A stretch of 64,000 bases of DNA from an uncultured Pseudomonadales bacterium (GTDB lineage Bacteria > Pseudomonadota > Gammaproteobacteria > Pseudomonadales > Azotimanducaceae), in NCBI GenBank assembly GCA_964519335.1, contig CAZFIA010000005.1, forward strand, positions 12,249 through 76,248, written 5' to 3'. The number at the start of each line of letters is the position of its first letter. The stretch's first letter is position 1. The position numbers and the translations under genes are program-made. Under the pieces are notes generated by a model. The model ran no database searches. It saw only the letters and a program-made list of their open reading frames with translations, and had not been told where the DNA came from. Below, one piece after another: positions 55,678 through 64,000 of the stretch.

Positions 55678-57051
55678 TTGGTGGTGCCTGCATTCGACGA
55701 AGCCGCCGACTGCATCGATACGCTCACACAAAACCTGAGTTTTGAGCGCACCAGCAAGAGTTTACTGATCATTCTGGTGCTCAATGCACCGGCTGACGCA
55801 ACCGACGCAGCAATTACTCGCACCCAGGCCGGCTTACCGGATTCAGCGAGCATCGCTCCGGAAGAAGCTCAGCCCGGCATACAGATTCTCAGGGTAGACG
55901 CCGTTACCGAACCTCTTCCAGCTGACCACGCAACGGGATTGGCACGAAAGATTGGCAATGACATCGCTTGTCAGCTGATCGCGAGAGGACACATCACCAC
56001 GCCGGTGCTCTGTAACACAGATGCTGATGCCATTTTGCCGGCTGACTATTTCTCGCGTATCAGCCGAGCGCACGCAGAATCAAATGGCCCCCATACCAGA
56101 AGTGTTGCCAGAAGAGCTACCGATACAGCCGCCTGGGTATTGCCTTTCGAACACGTTAGCGACGACCTAAAACAACAGCAGGCCGGTACAGCCTACGAAC
56201 TTTATTTACGTTCGTTGCAGCTTAACCTGCAACGTTGCGGGTCACCCTATGCCTATCCCGCTCTCGGTAGTCTGCTCGCGATCAATCCGGTGTACTACGC
56301 TAAATCCCGCGGTTTTCCTAAGCGCCGGGCGGGAGAAGATTTTTACTTACTCAACAAACTGGCAAAGCTCGCTGGTATTACTTATTTGACGGGGGTACCG
56401 GTACGCCTGGCGGCGCGCCTAAGTTCAAGGGTACCTTTTGGAACAGGCCCTGCTATCGCGAAAATGCTCCAAGAAAAACAGACAGATAAAGAACAGAAAC
56501 CCGCCCTACCCTGCGACCGGCAGGAGACCTACGCTCTGGCGAGCTTCGCACTGTTGCGGCAGTTCTACGCAGGTATCAGTGAGCTCCAAGCGACCGAGCA
56601 GACACCTGACAAAGCGCCTCCTAGCAAGGAACCTCTTAACCAGGAAAGAGCGGCACGAAAACTGCCAAAAGCCTGGCAAGACCCAGATTTGCTGTGGCTA
56701 TTAAAACACCTCGGTGTACCTGGGGCGCTGGTTAGATTGAAAAAGAACTACCGCACCGACAGCAGTTTACATCGGGCTGTTCACGAGTGGTTTGACGCCC
56801 TCAAAACCGTACGTTTTCTTAACGAGGCGCGGCACTTCCACGACGATGAACCGCTAATGAGCCAGATTGAGCACTTGCGGACATTTTTACCCCAGGGTTA
56901 TTCAAGCGGTGATTATGCAAACGCCGCACCTGAGCCTACCCCGGAGGAACGCTGGCAACGGGTATGCACGATCAATCGCGATTTGGAGCTCAATCGTTCG
57001 ATAACTCGTCACTCGGTGATTCGATCAGGCGACGATTCTCCAACAAACTGA
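55678..57051 (+). CDS. uncharacterised GT-A-like (glycosyltransferase family 2-like) protein
   Basis: 457 aa with VVPAFDE near the N-terminus, a DxD-like TDADAIL and a later GEDFYLLNKL. The only canonical start in the open frame is TTG 55678 (or GTG 55681/55684). Confidence 0.5.
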   Translation: MVVPAFDEAADCIDTLTQNLSFERTSKSLLIILVLNAPADATDAAITRTQAGLPDSASIAPEEAQPGIQILRVDAVTEPLPADHATGLARKIGNDIACQLIARGHITTPVLCNTDADAILPADYFSRISRAHAESNGPHTRSVARRATDTAAWVLPFEHVSDDLKQQQAGTAYELYLRSLQLNLQRCGSPYAYPALGSLLAINPVYYAKSRGFPKRRAGEDFYLLNKLAKLAGITYLTGVPVRLAARLSSRVPFGTGPAIAKMLQEKQTDKEQKPALPCDRQETYALASFALLRQFYAGISELQATEQTPDKAPPSKEPLNQERAARKLPKAWQDPDLLWLLKHLGVPGALVRLKKNYRTDSSLHRAVHEWFDALKTVRFLNEARHFHDDEPLMSQIEHLRTFLPQGYSSGDYANAAPEPTPEERWQRVCTINRDLELNRSITRHSVIRSGDDSPTN

Positions 57052-57162
57052 CCGACAGGAGACGCCACCAATCCGTAAAATGTGCGAATTCTGAGAACCA
57101 GCACACAACGGATTCTTGGCCTATGTCCGCGGCCGCCAGGCCTCCTACCTTATAATCGCAGC

Positions 57163-57753
57163 ATGGATCAGCAGCTACCAGAAAATCCCGATCTATCCTG
57201 GGACCTTGGGTCGATCAACAACGCCAATCGGGCGCGTGACTTTGTCATGCAATTCGAGGAAACGCTGTGCGTGTATTCGCGAACTGTGAAACAAATCTAC
57301 AGCACCTACACGATGCACTTCCCGCGTCAGATCGAACGCAAGCTCGTAATACTTCCTGATCCCAATGCATTCCACGATACCTACTATCACATCAACCCCG
57401 AAGCGGTGATGGCGACCGGTATCTACATTATCCCAGGCGATCTGGTTGACCGACAGGGTCTACAGCTCGCGAACGTTGGCGAAGGCCGCAAACTGGGACA
57501 ACGCCAGGTACCGTTCGAGAAAGGTGTACGAGCGATTGCTCAAAAACGCCCAGACTCGGATCCGTTCTTGCCGATTCTGGTGAAAGGCGATCTACGAGAA
57601 TTCGATTCAGAATGGCCCGTGCTGCACTTGCATCGCCTGCGCCTAGATTCACTCGGAGATCGCTCTGAACTTGAGCGCAACTCAGTTCGCGAAACCGTGC
57701 AGGAGAAGCTGGAGGCGCTGTTCGCCTCTGAACGCCGCCAGAGCTGGGCCTAG
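57163..57753 (+). CDS. hypothetical soluble protein
   Basis: 196 aa from ATG 57163 (MDQQLPENPDLSW...). No recognisable motif. Co-directional with its flanking genes. Confidence 0.45.
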   Translation: MDQQLPENPDLSWDLGSINNANRARDFVMQFEETLCVYSRTVKQIYSTYTMHFPRQIERKLVILPDPNAFHDTYYHINPEAVMATGIYIIPGDLVDRQGLQLANVGEGRKLGQRQVPFEKGVRAIAQKRPDSDPFLPILVKGDLREFDSEWPVLHLHRLRLDSLGDRSELERNSVRETVQEKLEALFASERRQSWA

Positions 57754-57779
57754 GCTATTTCTTAGCGTATAAGCAGCCT

Positions 57780-58655
57780 ATGACTGCTGCGCCGCCCTCA
57801 AAGCTACTACCAAACCGCCGATCTCTGCTGCTAGCCGGCTTCTTTCTACTGCTGCTTGCTGCGTGCTGGTCAGGCACCCTGGAACGCATCGCCCGGGGGG
57901 AGGCCGATGCTGCGCTCAATCGCGTTGTTGTAGCGTTCGCCCTGGCGCGAACGTTAAACGGCGCAATCTCAGTCGCTCAGGGCACAGAGATTGCCCTGCA
58001 GCCGGCCGGCGTTGGTGTAACGCTCACCGCTGGTGAGGTGCTGGACCCGTTAAACGATCTGGTCGAACGATTTTCGATCCTGGCGCTCACAGCGACCATC
58101 TCTCTGAAAGGTCAGATATTGCTGTCAGAGCTATTGAGTACGAGCTGGGTGAACTTGTTGCTCACCGCCTGCGTTGGTATTTATCTGCTGACCGCCTTAC
58201 TACCACCCTTGCGGCGCTTCGAAAAAGTCGCTGCACGCATCACCTCGCTTGTGATGTTCACCCGGCTGATTTTTGTGGTGGTGATGTTCACCGCGAACTG
58301 GCTAGGCAATCTAACCCTGACTGAGCGGCATACTGACGCGGTGGCAGAGCTGACCCAGACCAGGGAACAAATCAGCGCCATAAACAAAGAGGCAGACCTG
58401 CCAACTACCAACGGTGAATCCTCAGTGCTCGATCGCGTCAGCGACTTCTTTGCCGAACAACGAGATGCACTGGATATCGGCAATCGGCTGCAAGCACTCC
58501 TCGATCGCGCAGAACAGGCCGTGTCGCACCTGATCACGCTCAGCGTGCTGTTTTTGCTGCAGTACGTCGCCCTACCCATTGGCGCGTTTTGGCTAGCCAG
58601 TTTTTGCGTGCGCACGGCATGGTCGATCTGGTGGCAAACTCCACCGCCCTCTTAA
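57780..58655 (+). CDS. hypothetical polytopic membrane protein
   Basis: 291 aa. An N-terminal TM (LLLAGFFLLLLAACW), several central hydrophobic helices, an amphipathic/coiled segment and a C-terminal TM. It begins 26 nt after the previous gene. Confidence 0.5.
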   Translation: MTAAPPSKLLPNRRSLLLAGFFLLLLAACWSGTLERIARGEADAALNRVVVAFALARTLNGAISVAQGTEIALQPAGVGVTLTAGEVLDPLNDLVERFSILALTATISLKGQILLSELLSTSWVNLLLTACVGIYLLTALLPPLRRFEKVAARITSLVMFTRLIFVVVMFTANWLGNLTLTERHTDAVAELTQTREQISAINKEADLPTTNGESSVLDRVSDFFAEQRDALDIGNRLQALLDRAEQAVSHLITLSVLFLLQYVALPIGAFWLASFCVRTAWSIWWQTPPPS

Positions 58656-58762
58656 GCCTGTACGGAACCCTCAATTTAGGCCTCGACGAGAAAATAGCCT
58701 ACGACCATCAGGTTCGCGTACTATGCGCGCTTCTTATATTACCTTCGAATCCGATCTCCGAA

Positions 58763-59755
58763 ATGAGCGCGACCACCACCGGCAGCAGGGCCGACATCTC
58801 TACCACTAAGATTTTTATTGATGGCCAGGCCGGCACCACCGGCCTGGATATGCGCGAGCGCCTGATGAAATTACCGCGATTCGAACTTCTTGAGATCGAG
58901 GATGCTGAGCGCAAGAACAATGCTCGCCGCAAAGAGTTGATTGACGCGGCCGATATCGCCGTTTTGTGTTTACCTGACGAGGCAGCAATCGAAGCCGTGG
59001 AACTCGCCCGCGATAGCACCACTCGCATCCTGGATGCATCCACTGCCCATCGTGTTTCCGCAAACTGGGCCTACGGTTTACCCGAACTTTCTGCGGCCAA
59101 CCGCGCACAAGTTACCGAGGCAAAGCTGGTGAGCAATCCGGGCTGTTACCCTCAGGGCGTTATTCTCGGTATCGCACCTTTGGTGAACGCAGGTTGGCTC
59201 GACTCGGCTGCAGCGCTCTCGGTGCATGCGCTGTCCGGCTACTCCGGTGGGGGCACCAAGCTCATTCAAAGAATCGAACAGATGTCACCCGCTGAACGTC
59301 CAAGTTGGTCGGCCCGACCTTATGCGCTCAATTTGCAACACAAACACATGCCTGAAATGCAGTTGTACAGTGGCCTAATGACAGCGCCGCTGTTTGCTCC
59401 TACTGTCGGCAACTACTACAAAGGTATGATTGTCAGTACGGCGCTACCGGGCGATCAGCTATCTGATAACTTCGGCAAAAAGACCGCCGAGGATGTCAGC
59501 GCGCTGCTAACCGAAACCTATGAAAATGAACCGTTCATCAAGATTTTGTCGCTTGACGAAGCAGCACCCGATGGCTTCCTCGACCCTACCGCTTGCATAG
59601 ACACCAATCGCCTGGAATTTATCGTTACAGGTAATAGCGATCAGGTGCTAATCACCGCGCGCTACGACAACCTCGGTAAGGGCGCAGGGGGTGCCGCCCT
59701 GCAAAATCTCAATCTAATGAGCGGCTGCACCGAAACCGACGGTCTTGCGGCATGA
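58763..59755 (+). CDS. argC: N-acetyl-gamma-glutamyl-phosphate reductase (short, type-2 ArgC)
   Basis: KIFIDGQAGTTG (NAD binding) and the active-site motif SNPGCYPQG. I chose the start at ATG 58763 (about 330 aa). Confidence 0.88.
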   Translation: MSATTTGSRADISTTKIFIDGQAGTTGLDMRERLMKLPRFELLEIEDAERKNNARRKELIDAADIAVLCLPDEAAIEAVELARDSTTRILDASTAHRVSANWAYGLPELSAANRAQVTEAKLVSNPGCYPQGVILGIAPLVNAGWLDSAAALSVHALSGYSGGGTKLIQRIEQMSPAERPSWSARPYALNLQHKHMPEMQLYSGLMTAPLFAPTVGNYYKGMIVSTALPGDQLSDNFGKKTAEDVSALLTETYENEPFIKILSLDEAAPDGFLDPTACIDTNRLEFIVTGNSDQVLITARYDNLGKGAGGAALQNLNLMSGCTETDGLAA

Positions 59756-61032
59756 GCCGACTCACGAGCTACCGCGAACTTACAGACGACGCACTTGCAA
59801 ACACTCTAGCCGCGGTAGAAACCCAGTTCGCGCGTCTGCAAAAACAAAGCCAGGCTCAAAACAGACAGCTTGATCTTACCCGCGGCAAGCCCTCGGATGC
59901 CCAGCTGGATATGTCTGATGCACTCGACGGTATTCTCGACGGAAACTATCTGAGCGCAGACGGCGTTGATACCCGCAACTACGGCGGCATTCGCGGCCTG
60001 CGCGAAGCGCGCGAGCTTGGCCAGGAGTTAATGGGTATCCCCCCCGAACTAATAATGGCGGCAGGCAACTCAAGCCTGGAGCTAATGCACTCGGCAATGA
60101 CCTTTGCTTGTACCAGGCGCTGGCACAATCAAAAACCCGGCATGATCTGCCCGGTGCCTGGCTACGATCGACACTTCACCGTGTGCGAAGCGAACAACAT
60201 TGCGATGCACCCGGTCCGCCTTACGGACACTGGCCCAGACATGGACGCACTCGATAAGCAGGTTTCGGCTGACCCGGAACTTAGTGGTTTGTGGTGCGTA
60301 CCACGATTTTCTAACCCTACCGGCATAACCTACTCAGATGAGGTAGTGACCCGCATAGCCCAGCTGCCGTCGAAGGCAGCAAACAAAGACTTCATTGTGT
60401 TTTGGGACAACGCTTATTCCGTACACGCGTTGCACGATCAAGCACCCAAACTTGCCAACCTGATGACCGCCGCTGAAAGCGCCGGAACGCAGGACAATAT
60501 GTTTATGTTCAGCTCAACCTCAAAAATCACCTTTGCAGGTGCAGGCATTGCCTTCTTTGGTGGCTCAAAACAGACGCTGGATCAGTTTGAAGACTATTTA
60601 TCGTCCGCGACTATCGGGCCAGACAAGGTAAACCAGCTCCGCACAGTCAAATTTTTGCGTGGCCGGCTTCATGAGCATATGGCTGCCCACGCTGAGCTAT
60701 TGCGGCCACGCTTTGAACTGGTAGAGCAGAAGCTGAGTGAAGGACTGAAAGGGCTCGATATCGCAACCTGGACCAGCCCCCAGGGCGGCTATTTTGTGTC
60801 CCTCGACTGCTTGCCTGGCCTTGCTAAAGTTATTGTAAGCCTGGCCGCCAGCGCTGGGGTTAAGCTAACTGCCGCCGGCGCCACCTGGCCAGGCGGTGTC
60901 GACCCAGATGATTCAAACATTAGAATAGCGCCTACCTATCCAGAGGCCAACGAACTGGATGCAGCTCTCGATGTATTGGTAAGTGCTATAAAACTCGCAA
61001 GCGCACGGCACTACGCCGACGCTGGCAACTAG
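59752..61032 (+). CDS. class I/II PLP-dependent aminotransferase
   Basis: 426 aa with LTRGKPS near the N-terminus and SSTSKITFAGAG (the PLP lysine context). ATGA overlap with argC. Confidence 0.82.
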   Translation: MSRLTSYRELTDDALANTLAAVETQFARLQKQSQAQNRQLDLTRGKPSDAQLDMSDALDGILDGNYLSADGVDTRNYGGIRGLREARELGQELMGIPPELIMAAGNSSLELMHSAMTFACTRRWHNQKPGMICPVPGYDRHFTVCEANNIAMHPVRLTDTGPDMDALDKQVSADPELSGLWCVPRFSNPTGITYSDEVVTRIAQLPSKAANKDFIVFWDNAYSVHALHDQAPKLANLMTAAESAGTQDNMFMFSSTSKITFAGAGIAFFGGSKQTLDQFEDYLSSATIGPDKVNQLRTVKFLRGRLHEHMAAHAELLRPRFELVEQKLSEGLKGLDIATWTSPQGGYFVSLDCLPGLAKVIVSLAASAGVKLTAAGATWPGGVDPDDSNIRIAPTYPEANELDAALDVLVSAIKLASARHYADAGN

Positions 61033-61046
61033 ACAATCAACAAGGA

Positions 61047-62213
61047 TTGAACGCTTTGACCACAGAAGAAACAAGTCGATTCGAAGACTTCGCATTGCCT
61101 AAGCCGCTGCTCATGGCACTCGATGATCTCGGCTTTGCCTCTGCGACGCCTATTCAAAGCGTTTCGCTGCCGTACAGTCTGTCGGACTACGATATTACGG
61201 GTCAGGCACAAACTGGTACCGGGAAGACCGCCGCGTTTCTTATCACCATCCTCACCCAACAGTGGGAGAATCCGCGCCGTGGTGCAGCAAAACCAGGCGC
61301 ACCCAGAGCACTTATTCTTGCGCCTACCCGCGAACTTGCGCTGCAAATTGAAGCCGATGCCGTCGAGTTGTCTGCGCATATCGACTGCCACGTGGTAACG
61401 GTTGTTGGCGGCATGGACATTAATAAACAGCGCGATGCGTTGCACGCAAAGCCTCTGGATATTCTAGTTGCAACGCCAGGCCGCCTCCTCGACTTTGTGC
61501 AGCGTCGCGACATCTATCTGAAAGACTGCGAAATTCTGGTTATTGACGAAGCCGACCGTATGCTTGATATGGGCTTCATTCCTGATGTCCGGCGCATCGT
61601 GTATCAAACTCCACACAAAAAGCAGCGCCAAACATTGTTCTTTTCGGCCACCTTCAACGAGGCTGTTATGCGATTAGCAGCAAGCTGGACGCTAAGCCCA
61701 GAACACGTTGTTATCGAGCCCGATCAGGTGGCATCAGATACGGTTGACCAACAGTTCTGGCTCGTTGCCTACAAAGAGAAGCGTGAGTTGCTTGCTCGAT
61801 TTATAAAGAGCGAGTCACCCACTCGCACCATTGTGTTCGTAAACCGTCGCGACCAAACCCGCGACCTGCACGCCTATCTTTCAAGACAAGGCATCAACTG
61901 TGAGCAACTCTCGGGCGAAGTGCCCCAGGCGAAGCGAATTCGCACGCTCGATCGATTCAAGAACGGCGACATAAGTACTTTAGTAGCCACTGACGTAGCT
62001 GGCCGCGGAATTCACGTCGATGATATTTCGCACGTTATCAATTTTCACCTGCCCGATGACCCGGAAGATTACGTGCACCGCATTGGCCGCACTGGCCGCG
62101 CGGGCGCAGAAGGCACCGCCGTAAGCTTTGTAGATGAAACAGAGGCCTTTAGTCTGCCTGATATAGAAGAGTACCTTGGACATAAAGTGAGCTGCACTCA
62201 GCCGCCGCTATAG
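61047..62213 (+). CDS. rhlB: DEAD-box ATP-dependent RNA helicase, RhlB-like
   Basis: FEDFAL (Q-motif region), GQAQTGTGKTAAFL, PTRELA, DEAD, SAT and HRIGRTGRAG. It aligns colinearly by eye with E. coli RhlB but lacks the basic C-terminal tail. Confidence 0.78.
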   Translation: MNALTTEETSRFEDFALPKPLLMALDDLGFASATPIQSVSLPYSLSDYDITGQAQTGTGKTAAFLITILTQQWENPRRGAAKPGAPRALILAPTRELALQIEADAVELSAHIDCHVVTVVGGMDINKQRDALHAKPLDILVATPGRLLDFVQRRDIYLKDCEILVIDEADRMLDMGFIPDVRRIVYQTPHKKQRQTLFFSATFNEAVMRLAASWTLSPEHVVIEPDQVASDTVDQQFWLVAYKEKRELLARFIKSESPTRTIVFVNRRDQTRDLHAYLSRQGINCEQLSGEVPQAKRIRTLDRFKNGDISTLVATDVAGRGIHVDDISHVINFHLPDDPEDYVHRIGRTGRAGAEGTAVSFVDETEAFSLPDIEEYLGHKVSCTQPPL

Positions 62214-62222
62214 TGAATCACC

Positions 62223-63299
62223 ATGACTTTCGAACGCGACAATATCGCGCGCATGAACGGCTACAGCTACGGCGAACAGCCCGATCGCGCAACTATGGTA
62301 AAGCTCAATACTAACGAGAACCCTTACCCGCCAAGCCCAAAGGTTGCAAGGGCATTACAAGATTTTGATCCTTCCCAGTTGCGGACTTATCCCAACGCAC
62401 TGGCAGAATCCTTTTGTGGAGCAGCTGCAAAACTCAATGGCGTAGAGCCAGAAAATGTCATGGCGACCAACGGCGGTGACGAGGCGCTGCGGCTCGCGAT
62501 AACAACTTTTGTCGATCCAGGAGCAACTTTTGGTTCCCTGGTGCCTAGCTATTCGTTGTACCCGGTGCTCGCCAGCGTACAAGATGCAAACCAGCTGGAG
62601 ATTCCGTTAGATAAAAACTTTGGCTGGCCACAAGACCTGGCCGGCCAGCTCAACAGCGCCAACGCAAAGCTCACCTGCATCGTTAATCCCCACGCGCCGA
62701 GCGGAGCGCTCACCGACTTGTCCGCAGTTATTGAACTGGCGAATTCTCTCAATGGCGTGCTGCTGGTTGACGAAGCCTATATCAACTTCGTTGATCCGAG
62801 CCTCGGCCACAATCTGGCGCCGCAGGTGCTCAATACTAAAAACCTGCTCATTTTGCGCAGCATGAGCAAAGGCTATTCACTCGCCGGCCTAAGGTTCGGA
62901 TACTTATTGGGTCACAAAGCGCTCATGGCGCCTATGCGAGAGAAGACCCGCGACAGCTACAACGTCGATGGACTGGCTCAGGTGCTGGCGGAAGCTGCTC
63001 TTACTGACGCCGACTACAGCGCTAACAACTGGGCCACTATCAGCCGTAGCCGCGACAAGCTCCGCGAAAGTTTGCAAGCACTCGGTTTTGAGGTGGGCGA
63101 GTCGCACGCAAACTTTCTACTGGCGAAGAGCGCGCAAGCGCACGGTATGCAAGCAGAGGCGCTGTTTGATGCGCTGCACCAACGTGACATTTTTGTGCGT
63201 TACTTTTCTGCGCTGCCGGATTGCTTGCGAATCACCGTTGGCACAGAACAGGAAAATAACATCCTGGTCGCTGCACTTAAGGAACTGCTTGGCGCGTGA
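62223..63299 (+). CDS. hisC: histidinol-phosphate aminotransferase
   Basis: 358 aa with KLNTNENPYPPSP, VDEAY and RSMSKGYSLAGLRFGY (PLP lysine). Confidence 0.9.
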   Translation: MTFERDNIARMNGYSYGEQPDRATMVKLNTNENPYPPSPKVARALQDFDPSQLRTYPNALAESFCGAAAKLNGVEPENVMATNGGDEALRLAITTFVDPGATFGSLVPSYSLYPVLASVQDANQLEIPLDKNFGWPQDLAGQLNSANAKLTCIVNPHAPSGALTDLSAVIELANSLNGVLLVDEAYINFVDPSLGHNLAPQVLNTKNLLILRSMSKGYSLAGLRFGYLLGHKALMAPMREKTRDSYNVDGLAQVLAEAALTDADYSANNWATISRSRDKLRESLQALGFEVGESHANFLLAKSAQAHGMQAEALFDALHQRDIFVRYFSALPDCLRITVGTEQENNILVAALKELLGA

Positions 63300-63907
63300 C
63301 CGCTTGCCCGTTAACGCAGTGCAAGGCTTTCATTTTCGATATGGACGGCACACTCACAGTGCCGCAGCATGACTTTGATGCTATTCGAGAACTGCTTGGT
63401 ATACCCCAGGGCAGCCTGATACTTGAGTACCTGGACAAGCTGCCACCGGCCGACAGGCAGCAAAAACGCGCGCAGCTGAACGAATTCGAGGCAGAACTTG
63501 CTGCAGAATCCCAACCTGCGCCGGGTCTTTTCGAGCTGCTTAATGAGCTACGTAGCCGCGAGATCGGTGCCGCGGTACTAACCCGCAACTCTCTAAGTAA
63601 TGCCCGGATCAGTCTAAATGCCATTGGTGCGCTGCACTATTTCAACGAGCAGACGCTTGTTGGCCGCGACGAAGCAGAACCAAAACCCAGCCCCGCGGGT
63701 ATCGAACTTCTTGCCGAAAGACTGGGTACCCATGCGCATCTGTGCGCAATGGTGGGTGACTATCGGCACGACCTTGAGGCAGGAACAAGAGCGGGGGCAC
63801 ATAGCGTGCACATAAAACACCCAGGCACACCTGCGTGGCCGGAGTTCACACACACCCGTGTTACCGATCTGTTAGAACTGCGAAACCTACTAGCGCCTCT
63901 CCATTAG
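63296..63907 (+). CDS. HAD-superfamily hydrolase (phosphatase)
   Basis: 203 aa with FIFDMDGTL (DxDGT motif I) and a distal GD..HD (motif IV). The GTG start overlaps the hisC stop. Confidence 0.85.
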   Translation: MTACPLTQCKAFIFDMDGTLTVPQHDFDAIRELLGIPQGSLILEYLDKLPPADRQQKRAQLNEFEAELAAESQPAPGLFELLNELRSREIGAAVLTRNSLSNARISLNAIGALHYFNEQTLVGRDEAEPKPSPAGIELLAERLGTHAHLCAMVGDYRHDLEAGTRAGAHSVHIKHPGTPAWPEFTHTRVTDLLELRNLLAPLH

Positions 63908-64000
63908 ATGGCCTATCGAGTAGGTCATCGATCCACCTGACGACCTGGTCAGGTATGCTCACTGATCGACCACAGCCGTAAGCGAATAATCGTGACCACC

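Overview
This window is a 64 kb chromosomal segment with gammaproteobacterial (Pseudomonas-type) core synteny. I call about 67 protein-coding genes and one tRNA-Lys(UUU). I see no rRNA, CRISPR array, prophage, integrase or classical IS. From about 29 kb to 64 kb the genes are tightly packed housekeeping genes. On the minus strand these run tRNA-Lys, queC, queE, cpoB/ybgF, pal, tolB, tolA, tolR, tolQ, ruvB, ruvA, ruvC, yebC, aspS. They are followed by an FmdB-type zinc ribbon gene, a tailed HU gene, proS, a lytic transglycosylase, a block of CoA-thioester and redox genes, dinB, an ABC exporter, an esterase, miaE, three uncharacterised genes, argC, an aminotransferase, an rhlB-like helicase, hisC and a HAD hydrolase. 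From 0 to 29 kb, conserved blocks (dapA-bamC-MBL, perM, a tusA-family gene, bepA, nadA, a murA-like gene, cnoX) are mixed with accessory-looking genes. The accessory genes include an HDOD protein, an OmpA-like protein, an orphan PP2C phosphatase, a RayT-like HUH transposase homologue, a GshB-like ATP-grasp protein, CoA-transferases, MBL and SDR enzymes, and secreted hypotheticals. The most unusual signal is non-coding. A short dispersed repeat with the near-invariant core GGACA(G/T)CC occurs about two dozen times on both strands. Its 5' flank is A/T-rich. It fills nearly every long intergenic spacer in the left half, sometimes as local 18-27 bp tandem duplications or inverted doublets, and it brackets the RayT-like gene. 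I saw no exact copies in the spacers of the right half. Other points worth a second look are a MurA homologue with Asp in place of the catalytic Cys and a hairpin that sequesters its start codon, an HU protein with a lysine/alanine-rich N-terminal tail, a tol-pal cluster without ybgC, a 3 x 11 bp tandem repeat upstream of aspS, and an uncharacterised three-gene cassette (GT-A-like protein, soluble protein, polytopic membrane protein). All functional calls come from recognising motifs in the supplied translations. No database search was possible.
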